From: the human T2T-CHM13v2.0 reference genome, Homo sapiens
DNA: 64,000 nucleotides
Direction: 5' to 3' (one strand)
NCBI RefSeq assembly: GCF_009914755.1
Contig: NC_060930.1
Made by a program: the position numbers and the translations under genes. Below, piece after piece: positions 13,615 to 31,400 of the stretch. The first letter of the stretch is position 1, and each line of letters opens with the position of its first letter. The notes under the pieces were generated by a model that ran no database searches, was not told the DNA's origin, and was given only the letters and a program-made list of their open reading frames with translations.

Positions 13615-14142
13615 GACAGCCAAACTAGCACGAATTTATTTTTTCCTTCTTCACAATTTCACAGATAGATTTTTTCTCATGGTATATCACATCAAACTCA
13701 GCATATGATTTTTAAAATTTCTTTATTAAGTAAAAATCTTTTTACCTTTTCACTTAAAGCACTTTATAGCTTTGCTTTGGCATATCCAAATTGCCAGCAT
13801 TACTAGTCTTGTGCTTTGGGTCTGTTATTAAGTAAAATAAGGGTTACTTGAACACAAGCACTGCTACACTGTGACAGTCAGTCTGATAACTGAGACAGCT
13901 ACTAAGTGACTAGCAGGCAGGTAGCATATGCAGCGAGGATATGGTAGATAAATGGACTAATCATGTCTTCAGAGAAATGAAGTTAGATAGCATGAGATTT
14001 CACCATGTTCCAGTAATGGTGCACAATTTAAAACTTATGAATTGTTTATTTTGGAAATTTCTATTTACTAGTTTCTAACTGTGGTTGTCCACAGGTAACT
14101 AAAATCTTGAAAAGTGAAACCACAGATAAGGAAGGACTAGCG
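13615..14142. mobile_element. MER44/Tigger7-family DNA transposon, one end missing
   Basis: The terminal ggtaactaaaatcttgaaaagtgaaaccacagataaggaaggactagcg followed by TA resembles the MER44 end. Confidence 0.7.
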
Positions 14143-15519
14143 TATGGTCAACTGATCTTCAACAAGGGTGCCAAAGTATACAATTGAGGAGAGGATAGAC
14201 TTTTCAACAAATGATGTCGAAAAATCTGGATATCTATATGCAAAGGAATGAAATTGGACCCTTATCTTGCACTACACACAAAAATTAACTCAAAATAGGT
14301 TAAAGACTTAAATGTATGACCAGAAATGTAAAACTCCTCGAAGAAAACATAGGGGAAATCTTCATGATATTGGTTTTGACAATGATTTCTTGGATATGAT
14401 ATCAAAAACACAGGTAACAAAAGCAAAAATAGACAATGAGTCTACACTGAACTAAAAAGCTTCTGAACAGCAAAGGAAACAACAGAGTCTAAATACATCC
14501 TACAGACTGGGAGAAAAATTTGCAAACCACAATTCTGATAAATGGTTAATACCCAAATTATAGAAGGAACTCCTATAACTTAATATTGATAGCAAATAAG
14601 CAAATAACTCGATTTAAAAAATGGGCAAGTAACCTGAACAGACATTTATCCAAAGACAACATAGAAATGGCCAACAGATATATGAAAAGATGCTCAATGT
14701 CACTAATCAGGGAAATGCAAATCAAAACCACAGTGAGATATCACCTCATCCCTGTTAGTATGGCCATTACTAGCAAACAATAAAAACATACAAATGACAA
14801 TTAAAAAAAAGTGGCAAAACAAAAAACCCAGAAAACAAGTATTGAGGATGTGGAAAAGTTGGAACTCTTGTGTACTTTTGGTAGGAATGTAAAATAGTGT
14901 AGCCACTATGGAAAACAGTGTGGAGGTTCCTCAAGCCAACAGGTAGAAACCATCTTAATGAACACTGATAGATGAATGTGTAAAAAAAGTTTACACATAC
15001 AATGGAATATTATTCTGCCATAAAATTAAGGGAATTCTGTCATATGCCACAATATGAATGAAACTTGAGGGCATGATACTAAGTGAAATAAGTCAGTCAC
15101 AGAAGGAAAGATACTATATGATTTCATTTGCATGAAGTACCTAAATTAATCAAACTTATTGAAGCCAAAAGTAGAATGGTGATTGCCAGGGGCTGGAGGA
15201 TGAGGAAACGGAGAATTGTTGAATGAATATAAAGTTTCAGTCATGCAAGGTGAAAACAGTTTAGGTATTTGCTGTAAAATGTTGTGTTTATAGTTCATAA
15301 TACTGTACTGTTCATTTATCAATTTGTTTGGGGGTGGATATCATGTTATATGTTTTCTTTTTAATCATAATAAGAAATGCATGTAGAAGACAAAAATGAA
15401 TGTTTGAGAAATGATGCAGAGTTTACTGGTTCATGTTCTAGGTATAATATTCCATTCAATGTCCTATTGGTAAACTATGTTTGCAAAAAATAAAAAATAA
15501 CATGGGAATTAAAAATAAT

Positions 15520-16850
15520 GACACAAGAAAGCCGAAAGTCAAGTCTCAGAGTGAAGATATTTCTAAGACATATAAACAACAAAAGGCTCTTGTTCAAAAT
15601 ATATAAACTATCTATACAAACCTATAAAAAAAGATAGAGAAGCCTACAGAAAAATGGCAAGTGACTTCAATAGGCATTTACAAAACAGGCATCCAGCTGG
15701 TGAATAAACATATTTAAAAGGCATTTAATTTCACTGAAGATAAGGAAAAGGCTAATTAAAAGCACAATTGGATACCTTTGCTTAACTATCAGATTGGTGA
15801 AAAGTTTCATGTCTAACAGTTCTAAGTGTTGGAGCCACAGAAACTCCCACCACTGGTGGCAGCATAAATGGATATATCACTCTGGAAAACAAGGAGGCAT
15901 TATTAAAGTTGAATAGATACATATTGCTGTATGACCCTGAATCTTCCCCTTAGGTAGGATATACCTAAAGATACACATGTTTATATGTACCAGGATATGT
16001 GCTCCAGAATGTTCACAGAAATATTCATTTAAAATGCCTTAAACTGAATGTATTAGTCTGTTATCACAATGCTATGAAGAAATGCCCAGGACTGGGTAAT
16101 TTATAAAGGAAAGAGGTTTAGTTGACTCACAATTCTGCATTGCTGGGGAAGCCTCAGGAAACTTACAATCATGGCAGAAGGCAAAGGAGAAGCAGGCACC
16201 TTCTTCACAGGGTGGCAGGATGGAGTGAGCACAAGCAGGAGAAATGCCACATGCTAATAAAACCATCAGACCTCATGAGACTCACTCAGTGTCATGAGAA
16301 CAGCATGGGGGAAACTGCCCCCATGATCCAATTACTTCCACCCTTGTTCTGGCCCTTGACACATGGGGATTATGGAGATTACAATTCAAGATGAGATTTT
16401 GGGTGGGATACAGCCAAACCATATAACTGAAATTAACCAAATGTCCATTTACAATGGAATGGATAAATAGATTGTGATATATTCACACAATGAAATACTA
16501 TATAGCACTGGATGGGAACAGACTCTAGGTACACACGATAACATGGATGGATCTAAAATCATAAGGAAGGGCAAAAAGCAGAAATTCATATGTATGATTC
16601 CATTTTTATAGAATTAAAAAACAAGGCAAAACGAATCTATATTACTAGGGCTACATATAATGATGGTAAAAATATAAAGAAAAGCAAAGAAGTGATAACT
16701 GCAAATGTCAGATTGTTGGCCACCTCTGAAGAGAGTAAGTTGTGACTCGTTAAGTGATTCAGAAGGACCCTGATGAGCCAACAATGTTCTGGCTTTCTTG
16801 TCCTTGGTAGCCAGTGTTTTACGTATGGTTCTGCAGGTTATAATAACAGT
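15520..16850 (+). mobile_element. Ancient L1M (L1ME-like) 3' part, continuation of the 8850-9960 element, interrupted by THE1
   Basis: ORF2 end and 3'UTR motifs (ccaaatgtccatttacaatggaatggataaa; tgtatgattccattttta). Confidence 0.6.
16049..16426 (-). mobile_element. THE1 (THE1C-like) MaLR solo LTR
   Basis: Typical THE1 sequence; 5-bp TSD CTGAA at 16044-16048 and 16427-16431. Confidence 0.88.
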
Positions 16851-19800
16851 AAAAGTATTGTTAAAAAACCAGTCTAACATCTGACCATATGGTTTCAAGG
16901 CAATAATCTAACTCTCTGTTCTCTTCTTTATTAATGCTTATCTTAGTCTTAATTTTCTGCCACTGTTCTCTTTTACTTTCCAATTTATTTCAAATTTTAA
17001 AAATCAGCTAATATGATGTTAACTTTGATTGTGGTTCTGTTATATGAAAATTTAATGCCAAAGTGTTTACAAAAATGTAGCAAAAGAGCTATTTTCAGGC
17101 AACACAGATAAATATGACTGACTGGCTGAACCCATTGAGGAAATTCGTATAGAGAAACATATTCAGTTAGTTACCTCATGTTGTTTTAAAAATCACTGAT
17201 GTGGCTCTTTTAAAAAGTCAAAATGATTAATTTATTTTAATTTTCATTTCATTGTTTAGACAATGAAATACTAGTGTTTAAGAGAGATTTAGGATACACG
17301 AAAATCTAGTGTTTTGTAATTACAAAATGTAAAATAACCAGAGAAAGTTAACTTTTATGACACTTGTTTTTTAAGCACTTCTATAAGTTTAAAAAAGAAA
17401 ATATGGATCATATATGCAAATGAATAGGTTTGGGAGGCATATGCATTTTTTAAAATGATGATTTCAGTTTAAGCCATAAGCAAACTTTTTCCAATGAATT
17501 ATGTATAGCAATTTTTATGATCTCACAAATCATTTATGAATTTCAATATCTCTTCTCCAAATATAATCTACAGGAAGATAGCTCGCCACATGTGTTTCCA
17601 AGACTAATGGCTTCACATCATAAGATTTGGGAGTATAATCAATTTGGCTACGTATTAATTTCTTTTAATGCTTAATCAAAAAGAATTGCAGTCAGAAGGC
17701 TTACTTGTTATTGACAACTCCCAGGCTAATGAAATCTCAGCCCAAAGCTTTGTAGCCCCACTCTTCCACCTCTCTATACAACTTGCTTTATTTATTTTCC
17801 AGCTCTCAAGTCCTTTGAGGAAGATGGGAGCTTCAAAGAGTAGAAAAGAAAGAAATATGTTAAATAATACTGTGTGTGGAAAGGACTTTGAAAGTAAACT
17901 GTAACCTTTTTATCCTTAAATACCTGAAAAAGTAAGAGCTCTTTTATCTTAGCTGTCACTGTTTTTCTTCAGTGTCAATTAAAACTTCATGTTTACTATC
18001 TCCTGTAAATGTTGGAATTTGAAGTAAAGGCAAATTGGTGTATCAATGGAAATTCATCATAAATATAATTTTGTGAATCCTTGTCATATTTGTAAGAAAT
18101 TTGTTGCTTTATTGACTTAATATAATTTCAAATTGGGAAACTCACCAAATCAAATAATAAATCCATGTCAAGAAAAATAATCTACTTGTCTTTCTTCTTG
18201 TTTTGTGAACTGTGGCAGGTAGCAGCCTGCCTTCCCTCCAGGTGTATGGCTGCTAAACTTGAAGAGTGAATGCCCAACAATATTTGGTACTTCACCGGTT
18301 CAGCAAGTACCATATTCTTATCTTTGTGTTTTTAATAGACTGTTTCATTAGTTAAATATACAGAAACAAAATATTAATTCACTGATGGTTGTTAAATATT
18401 AGCTGTTGAAAAAGTTTAAGCATTAGTATTTAAATTATGTTCATAATTTTAATTATTGTTAATATTTAATCAAAGGGTTATTTTAAAGAATCTTTTGTAT
18501 AAAGAATCTCTCAATTCTTCAGTATGATTTCATTATATCTAGGGGCCATTTTCATCCAGGAAAACTCCCCCTAATTTTATAATGAAAGCCAATGCTAAAT
18601 AAGATTAACTGCATAAAAACTCCTTTGCAAAAGCCCCCTTGCACTGTCTCTCCATCTGTGCTCATGTGGTACCTTTGGGTTGAACCCATCCATCCTGAAT
18701 ATTAAAGAAAAAAGTACTTTTTTTTGATACTTTTCAAAGTATAAACTTTTTTCTCATTCCTTAAATTGCAAGTTTTGACACTTACTTGAAATATGACCCC
18801 AGAAAACAGGTCTTAAACAGTTAAGTCTTTTGGTAGCAAGATTGTTTTTCTTAAAAAAAAAAACAGAAATTTATGCTTGTGAGGTTGGTGTTGAAAGAAG
18901 ACTGACAGTGTCAGTTTAATGTATTCTGATTCACATCATTCATCTATGTATACTGACATCTTCATACATACACAATTTATTCATGATGACTAGGACAAGC
19001 AAAAGGAGAAATGCATTTAAAGAACATTAGGCTTTTTAAAGCAAAAAGACAGTGTTAAGAAGTCTGAAAAGTGATAATAAAAAATGTATGGCAAAGAGGA
19101 ACATGATGCAGAGATTAAATCAAAAGACCTAACAGATGATGAGCTTACTTACATGGCAGTGATAATTTCATAGTTTTGATTATTTTTTAACATAAACCCT
19201 AAAATAATTATCTTCAACTTATTTTAGTAAATAGTCATGATGATGAGATTAAGTGAAATGGTAAGCCAGCTTTTGGCTGCTGGTTTTGTTACTATTTTCA
19301 AGTTAAATATCAGGGAAAAAAATCATCTGGGGAAAAAACCTACTGCTAATGGAAAACCACTGAAGACAGTTCAATAGCCACAATGTGCAAAATAGCACAA
19401 TTACATTTACCTGTCAACAATCCCCCCTCCATACACACCTATGGATCCAAGTTTTATACATTTGCTCTCCAAGTTATGTCCCAACTAACTGGAGGATCTC
19501 ATTTTTCACCTAATCCACCCATCTCCTTACATTCTATTCAACCTCTATTTGTGAAATCTCTATTTCAGTGATCTCCAGGCATACTCTATCTTATGTCATT
19601 CACTCACTTAACACACATTATAGTGTCTATAGCAAAGAATTTGGTTTAGTAATCTCTCTTAGTCTCAGGTTCCCCATTGGTAAAACAGTAATAATAATAG
19701 TACCTATCTCATACTGAGGTTGTGATGATTAATGTGATAATCCAAAAAAAGTATTGAGAATAATGTATTCTAGTAAGTATTCAATTAATATCAGTTATTA

Positions 19801-20309
19801 CAATAATCATCATGATCATCATTATGCACTAGATTTAGTTTACTGGGGGTATGGAACCCTGGGATGGAGAGGAGGTGGTAAGAACTGTAGGAATGAGTTG
19901 TGAACCAAGACAGGGCTGAGGTTAAGGCTCTCAGTTGTTAGTCCTTAATCTACAGGGAATGGGTTTTGAAACATAGCACCAGCTTTTAGTTCAAAACACT
20001 TCAGACAGTGAAGAGAACCAGAGGAAAGTGGATCACTCCCATGATCCCATCTTTATATATTGATATTGTTTAGACAACAGCTAGAATGACTGGATTTAGA
20101 TATGGGGAAACTAGGCTTGGTCTCCTCTCATAGCTACACAGCAAGCTAGGGGTCATTCTACCTCTCACATCTCAGTTGCCCACATATCTCTAAGTGACAT
20201 GGAGAAGCTAGACAGAAAAGACTAATGGAGTTTTTCCTAATGAGGAATACACCATGAGTTGGTGATCATGATGTAAAATTACAGTCATATTGGCTGGGAT
20301 TTTTTTTTT

Positions 20310-20885
20310 TACTATCAACCAAAAGGATTTAATCAACATTTATAAAATACTCTACCCAACAACAGCAGACTTAACATTCCTTTCAAGTGTTTCTGGAACA
20401 AATGTCAAGATAGACCATATCCTTGTTATAAAACAAAGCTCAATAAATTTCAAAGAATTGAAATCATATAGTGTTTTTTTTTTACCATAACAAAATCAAA
20501 CTAGAAATCAATAACAGCAAAATGTTCTCCAAACATTTGTAAACTAAACAACACACTTCCTCATAATCTATGGGCCAGATAAGTCTGAAGGGAAATTTAA
20601 AAATATATTGAACTGAATCAAAATGAAAATATAGCATATAAAATTTTATGACACAGCTAAAGCAGGGCTATAAGGGAAATTTATAGCATAGGTTAAACTT
20701 AAGTGCATTTATTATAAATGATGAAAAGTCTCAAATCAATAATCTAAGACAATAAATGTAATTTACCCTTATATCTCTTTACTGTCTCCTTTTTATAATT
20801 GTCTTAAATGTTTCCTCTAAATACATTTAGAATCACATCAGATAATGTAATTTTTCAGCCATCTAACGTAATTTAGAAAACTCGA
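20310..20885. mobile_element. Old L1M fragments (ORF2 EN region on +, adjacent fragment probably on -)
   Basis: DLINIYKILYPTTA...KIDHIL peptide is L1 endonuclease-like. Confidence 0.6.
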
Positions 20886-20886
20886 G

Positions 20887-21256
<370 letters not shown>

Positions 21257-21468
21257 TTATTTTAATATTATTATACTTTAAGTTTTAGGGTTCATGTGCA
21301 CAATGTGCAGGTCTGTTACATATGTATACATGTGCCATGTTGGTGTGCTGCACCCATTAACTCGTCATTTAGCATTAGGTATATCTCCTATCCCTCCCCC
21401 CTCCCCCCACCCCACAACAGTCCCCAGAGTGTGATATTCCCCTTCCTGTGTCCATGTGTTCTCATTGT

Positions 21469-25295
<3,827 letters not shown>

Positions 25296-25355
25296 TATGT
25301 TAGCTGGTTATTTTGCTCATTAGTTGATGCAGTTTCTTCCTAGCCTTGATGGTCT

Positions 25356-26370
25356 TTACATTTTGGCATGTTTTTGCAGTGGCTGGTACTGGTTTTTCCT
25401 TTCCATGTTTAGTGCTTCCTTCAGGAGCTCTTGTAGGGCAGGCCTGGTGGTGACAAAATCTCTCAGCATTTGCTTGTCTGTAAAGTATTTTATTTCTCCT
25501 TCACTTATGAAGCTTAGTTCGGCTGGATATGAAATTCTGGGTTGAAAATTCTTTCTTTAAGAATGTTAAATATTGGCCCCCACTCTCTTCTGGCTTGTAG
25601 AGTTTCTGTCGAGAGATCCACTGTTAATCTGATGGGCTTCCCTTTGTGGGTAACCCGACCTTTCTTTCTGGCTGCCCTTAACATTTTTTCCTTCATTTCA
25701 ACTTTGGTGAATCTGACAATTATGTGTCTTGGAGTTGCTCTTCTCGAGGAGTATCTTTGTGACGTTCTCTGTATTTCCTGAATCTGAATGTTGGCCTGCC
25801 TTGCTAGATTGGGGAAGTTCTCCTGGATAATATCCTGCAGAGTGTTTTCCAGCTTGGTTCCATTCTCCCCATCACTTTCAGGTACACCAATCAGATGTAG
25901 ATTTGGTCTTTTCACATAGTCCCATATTTCTTGGAAGCTTTGTTTGTTTCTTTTTATTCTTTTTCTCCAAACTTCCCTTCTCACTTCATTTCATTCATTT
26001 CATCTTCCAACACTGATACACTTTCTTCCAGTTGATTGCATTGGCTCCTGAGGCTTCTGCATTGTTCACGTAGTTCTCAAGCCTTGGCTTCAGCTCCATC
26101 AGCTCCTTTAAGGACTTCTCTGCATTGGGTATTCTAGTTATCCATTTGCCTAATTTTTTTCTCACAGTTTTTAACTTCTTTGCCATTGGTTTGAATTTCC
26201 TCCTGTAGCTTGGAGTAGTTTGATTGGCTGGAGCCTTCTTCTCTCAACTTGTCAAAGTCATTCTCCATCCAGCTTTGTTCCGTTGCTGGTAAGGAGCTGC
26301 GTTCCTTTGGTGGAGGAGAGGCGCTCTGCTTTTTAGAGTTTCCAGTTTTTCTGCTCTGTTTTTTCCCCAT
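25356..26370 (-). pseudogene. L1 ORF1p, disrupted by frameshifts/stops
   Basis: MGKKQSRKTGNSK start at 26370; the ORF track splits it into several frames (26134-26484, 25995-26186, 25514-25984). Confidence 0.9.
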
Positions 26371-26959
26371 CTTTGTGGTTTTATCTACTTTTGGTCTTTG
26401 ATGATGGTGACATACAGAAGGGTTTTTGGTGTGTACTTCCTGTTTGTTAGTTTTCCTTCTAACAGACAGGACCCTCAGCTGCAAGTCTGTTGGAGTTTGC
26501 TAGAGGTCCACTCCAGATGCTGTTTGCCTGGGTATCAGCAGTGGTGGCTGCAGAACAGTGGTGGCTGTACAACAGCAGATCTTGGTGAACCGCAAATGCT
26601 GCTGCCTGATCGTTCCTCTGGAAGTTTTGTCTCAGAGGAGTACCTGGCCATGTGAGGTGTCAGTCTGCCCCTACTGGGGGGTGCCTCCCAGTTAGGCTGC
26701 TCGGCGGTCAGGGACCCACTTGAGGAGGCAGTCTGCCCGTTCTCAGATCTCCAGCTGCATGCTGGGAGAACCACTACTCTCTTCAAAGCTGTCAGACAGG
26801 GACATTTAAGTCTGCAGAGGTTACTGCTGTCTTTTTGTTTGTTTTTTCCCTTCCCCTAGAGGTGGAGCCTACAGAGGCAGGCAGGTCTCCTTGAGCTGTG
26901 GTGGGCTCCACCCAGTTTGAGCTTCCAGGCTGCTTTGTTTACCTAATCAAGCCTGGGTA

Positions 26960-27409
26960 ATGGCAGGTGCCCTTCCCCCAGTCTCGCTGCCGCCTTGCAG
27001 TTTGATCTCAGACTGCTGTGCTAGGAATCAGCGAGACTCCGTGGCCGTAGGACCCTCTGAGCCAGGTGCAGGATATAATCTCCTGGTGTCCCGTTTTTTA
27101 AGCCCGTTGGAAAACCGCAGTATTAGGGTGGGGGTGACCCAATTTTCCAGGTATCATCTGTCACCCCTTTCTTTGACTAGGAAAGGGAACTCCCTGACCC
27201 CTTGCGCTTCCCAAGTGAGGCAATGCCTCGCCCTGCTTCAGCTCGTGCATGGTGCGCTGCACCCACTGTCCTGCACCCACTGTCTGGCACTCCCTAGTGA
27301 GATGAACCCGGTGCCTCAGATGGAAATGCAGAAATCACCCATCTTCTGCGTCGCTCACGCTGGGAGCTGTAGACCGGAGCTGTTCCTATTCAGCCATCTT
27401 GGCTCCTGA
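26960..27409 (+). CDS. L1 antisense ORF0-like open frame, extended to 149 aa (expression unknown)
   Basis: MAGALPPVSLPPCSLISDCCARNQRDSV matches the primate L1 ORF0 N-terminus. The frame stays open to TGA at 27407-27409. Confidence 0.45.
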   Translation: MAGALPPVSLPPCSLISDCCARNQRDSVAVGPSEPGAGYNLLVSRFLSPLENRSIRVGVTQFSRYHLSPLSLTRKGNSLTPCASQVRQCLALLQLVHGALHPLSCTHCLALPSEMNPVPQMEMQKSPIFCVAHAGSCRPELFLFSHLGS

Positions 27410-30027
27410 GTAAAGTCGGGAATGTATTTTAAACATACTCACTACTTCATTTCTGCCTCTTACCCATCTCCTTAGGATAAGTAGTGGCTAAACACTTAAA
27501 TCAGTATAGCTTAAACAACTGAACTTTATGATAATTCTTGACTGACAGAAAGGCATGTCACTTTTCAATCACAAACATTCATAGCATCCTTCATTTGAAT
27601 TCTTTTGCTAAGTGACCAAAGAGAAATTTCTGTCTGCTGGAATGATGCAGGAATTGAATCTCACAGTTTGAGGGTGGGTATGCAGACAGTCAGGAGCAGG
27701 TGCAGGGTTTGTGGATCTTTCAGCTTATACAACTAGGGGAAGGTCTTTAGGAAAAACACAAATTTACAAACACAAATATAAGGGCAAAAAAGATATGACA
27801 GCACATTACAAATTTTAAAAAGTTAAAAATATCCCAAAGATAAAATCCAGGAAAATAATATAGTGTTTTGATTAACTGCCTAACAAACCTATATCTTTCT
27901 TCAACATGTTTGGGTTGCATAATCTTTAATTATCTCTTCAAATGACAATGATGATATAACATCCATTTCTGAACATCCAGTTCAGAATCTATAGCCTTAG
28001 GAAACTATGTGATTTTTGCACAAGTCTCAACCTTTTTATGTCTGCACATTTTCAGCCTACATGAAAACCAGCCATAATCTGGTGGGCACCAATTATGTGC
28101 AGCTTTGGGGTACCTCCAGGTGGCATTAGTGTCCTAGGAGATGAAGCATGGATGGTGACTGATGGTGTGAAGGAGCAGAACTGCTGTAGGCCCTAGTTGT
28201 GTAGCCATAGTTGTGCCACAGCTCATCTCTCAAACCACCATCTATGGCTTTGGTCAAGCTACTCCAGGTGTGGCTGCTGCCAGCTAGCCACATCTGTCTA
28301 CTTTCGTGGAGCACTACCTGTGGCTTTTTTACAGTGCTCCCCAGCTACCTGTTTGCCAATGCACCCACCTGGACCTCTAGGCATCTTCAAAACCCTGTCT
28401 CCTACTTCAGTTCACCTTCTGACACCTGCTTTTGCACCATCCCCATCCAGCCCTGCATAGGGACTGCCTAAGCCTTGCTAAGGTAAGGCCTGCTGACTAG
28501 GAACCAGGGCCTACTGCTCAAATTCCAGTTTTGCCTTTAAGAAATTGACATCCTTTTTTGACATTCTTGCCTCACACGCTTGCTGGCCCCTTGCCACAGA
28601 TATTTTTGTCAGCAACTCATACATTCCATAGCATCAAAAGCAACCTTAGGCGAACGGAGGCCAGAATGCCAATATTTACCTGACCTGCTGATTTTCTTTT
28701 GACTTCATTTTTATAACAAAGTTATATTTTAGTGATTTTGGTTTGGTATAAGTAAATACTTAGCTTTTGATAAGCACCTGGGGTCTGAGATACAGTCTGA
28801 CATATTATCCTACTCATTCATGAATCACTCTCAAAATGTGTGCATAAAAGTTAATTTTCTTCTGTTCAAGCAATATCTAACATTTTAATTAGCATGTTCA
28901 AAATCTCCTTTGATCTTGAACTGTATTAGCTGGAAGCGAATGTTCTTTGAGGATTTGAAAAGAAGTTAGGGAGCTCAGACTCAAGTTCTATGCCTTCTAA
29001 GACCTATTAGATTCTTAGGAAACCTCCAGTTCATCATTTCACTAGAGAAGTTTTCACACATAGTTGGAGGGAAATTTTGAAGAAAATTTACTCTGCTTAG
29101 GAAGAACAGAAGAAAATGTACCCTGCTCCTGAGACTGTTCACAGGAGTTTTGATACCATACGGAGTAGGGCTGCATCATTACTTTCATGGGCTCTAGACA
29201 CTTTTGTCTTTGTGAGCCCATTCCTCTGCAAAGAAAAAAAAGTCATATTTACCATTGCATTGGTATAAAGGCAAATGTACTTCAGGTTGGGGTACATTTA
29301 TTTTTTTTCCCTTCTGAATTTAAAAGAAATGTAAACATTTCCACTGGCCCCTAGAGGTCCTGTGGGTCCTGGGCATAATGGCTACTATGCCTAGTGGATA
29401 AGTCGGTTCCACTTATTCTTATCCTTTAAAAAAAAGGTAGCAAAGTTTTAAATTAAAAACTTGAAATGTCATGCTATTTCCTCAGCTTCAGAATCAAGAA
29501 GACTCATCTACTTAAAAACAAGGCTACTGCTAGCTAATTCAACCATAATAAAGTTTGCTAGATGATAAGTATAATTTATGATGTTAATATTCAATCTTGG
29601 ACCATATCACTGCTTTTCTGGAAACTAGTACAAACAATGTAAATACTCTGAATATGAGGTAAACTCAAAAATTATACCCACGAAGTGAGCAGGCACAGGG
29701 AAGAAACACTTTAAGAATCAATATAAACAGGGATCCCAACATGATGTGGCAAAGGTATAGAGGAATGCAAAGGAAGGAAGTGCAGCCGATGGGCCTCTCT
29801 GGCAGGGCCACAATCAGAGACAAGGTAGGTTTCCACTTGATTAGCAGCATTTCAGCGGCTCCAGGGAGATGCCCCACCTCTTACTTACCTGACATTTAAT
29901 TTAACTGAGAATGTAGACTTTCATCTCTATAGTACAAATGGTGCTTATAATGTGAAAACCCTTAAGATGAAGTATTGTATTCAATGCATGACACAGAATT
30001 AAGGACTGCCATCTGACTCTTCTCTGA

Positions 30028-30406
<379 letters not shown>

Positions 30407-31074
30407 CAAGACAGTTCTTTAGAAGAAAAGCTCATCCATTGGCCCTCCCTGAAAGAGGATAGCATGTTGGGGGTGGCTAAAAAAGGCTAGGACACCAAAA
30501 AAATGTACCCTGCTTCACAGTTTGTGCTGCAGTCAGTGTGAGATGGTTAGTGGGCTTTTAATTAGATGGTCCTGTTCTGACGTTGGTTGGAGTACAGGCA
30601 GGGAAAGAACTGGGGAAAGGAAAAGGTGCCATGGCCAGTACTAGGCAAAGGGAATAAGCATGTCTTCTGGTATGGCTGTGCAGGTTGCGTACTGCTCAAA
30701 GGCGCCACATCCAAGTGGTAGGAGGTGGGGCGGAGGGAGGTGGGTTGGATGGGGAATATCATTTACTTCATAGACATAATAGGTTGGTGTATTTATTAAA
30801 ACAATTTTTCAGTTGATAGTGGTAGAGCGTCTTGTTTTAATAAAATCAGCACATTATGCCCATTTTCTGACATATGGAAGTCCAGTGACTTGGGAACACA
30901 GAGGGTCTCTAATTGGCAGAAAGGTCCATAGAGGCAGCACTGTACACGCAAGGAAAGAATCTGTCCCAGCCTGAAAGAATCCCTGCACTTTGCTCACTGA
31001 GGGCAGGAGTCATGTTTTATTCATCTTTTTTATTTATTCCTATCACCTAAGACAGCAGCACAGTATGCATGTTC

Positions 31075-31400
31075 CACTGAACTTCCCTACAACCCCAGTA
31101 GCCACTAGCCACATGTGGCTACTGAGCACTTGCAATGTGGCTTGTCTGAATTGAGATGTGCAGTAAGTGTAAAATATGCACCTGATTTTGAAGACTAAGT
31201 ATAAAAAATGTAAAATAAATCCTTAATAATTACTTTATATTGATTGCACATGGAAATAAAATTTTTAATAGACTAGGTTAAATTAAATGTATTATTAAAA
31301 TTAATTTCACCTGTTTCTTTTTACATTTTAATGTGGCTACTAAAAAATTTAAGATTACATATGTGATTTGTATTTGTTCCTCCTATTTGTCTTGGGCAAA
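31075..31400. mobile_element. MER33/MER3-type hAT-Charlie element
   Basis: gtagccactagccacatgtggctactgagcacttgcaatgtggc... Confidence 0.7.

Larger units (their letters stand above)
9965..15375 (+). mobile_element. Older L1 (L1MA9/L1MB1-like) with 5'UTR, ORF1 and 3' end, interrupted by AluY, L1PA and MER44 and internally deleted
   Basis: ORF1-like peptide (ESLFKEIMAEIFLNLGREMNIQIQE) at 11.5-11.98 kb, ORF2 C-terminal DNA at 14143-14940, L1MA/MB-type 3'UTR to ~15375. Confidence 0.75.

Noticed and set aside
20310-20885. Possible twin-priming inversion between opposite L1 fragments
   Set aside because: Too degenerate to establish shared subfamily, colinearity or TSD by eye.
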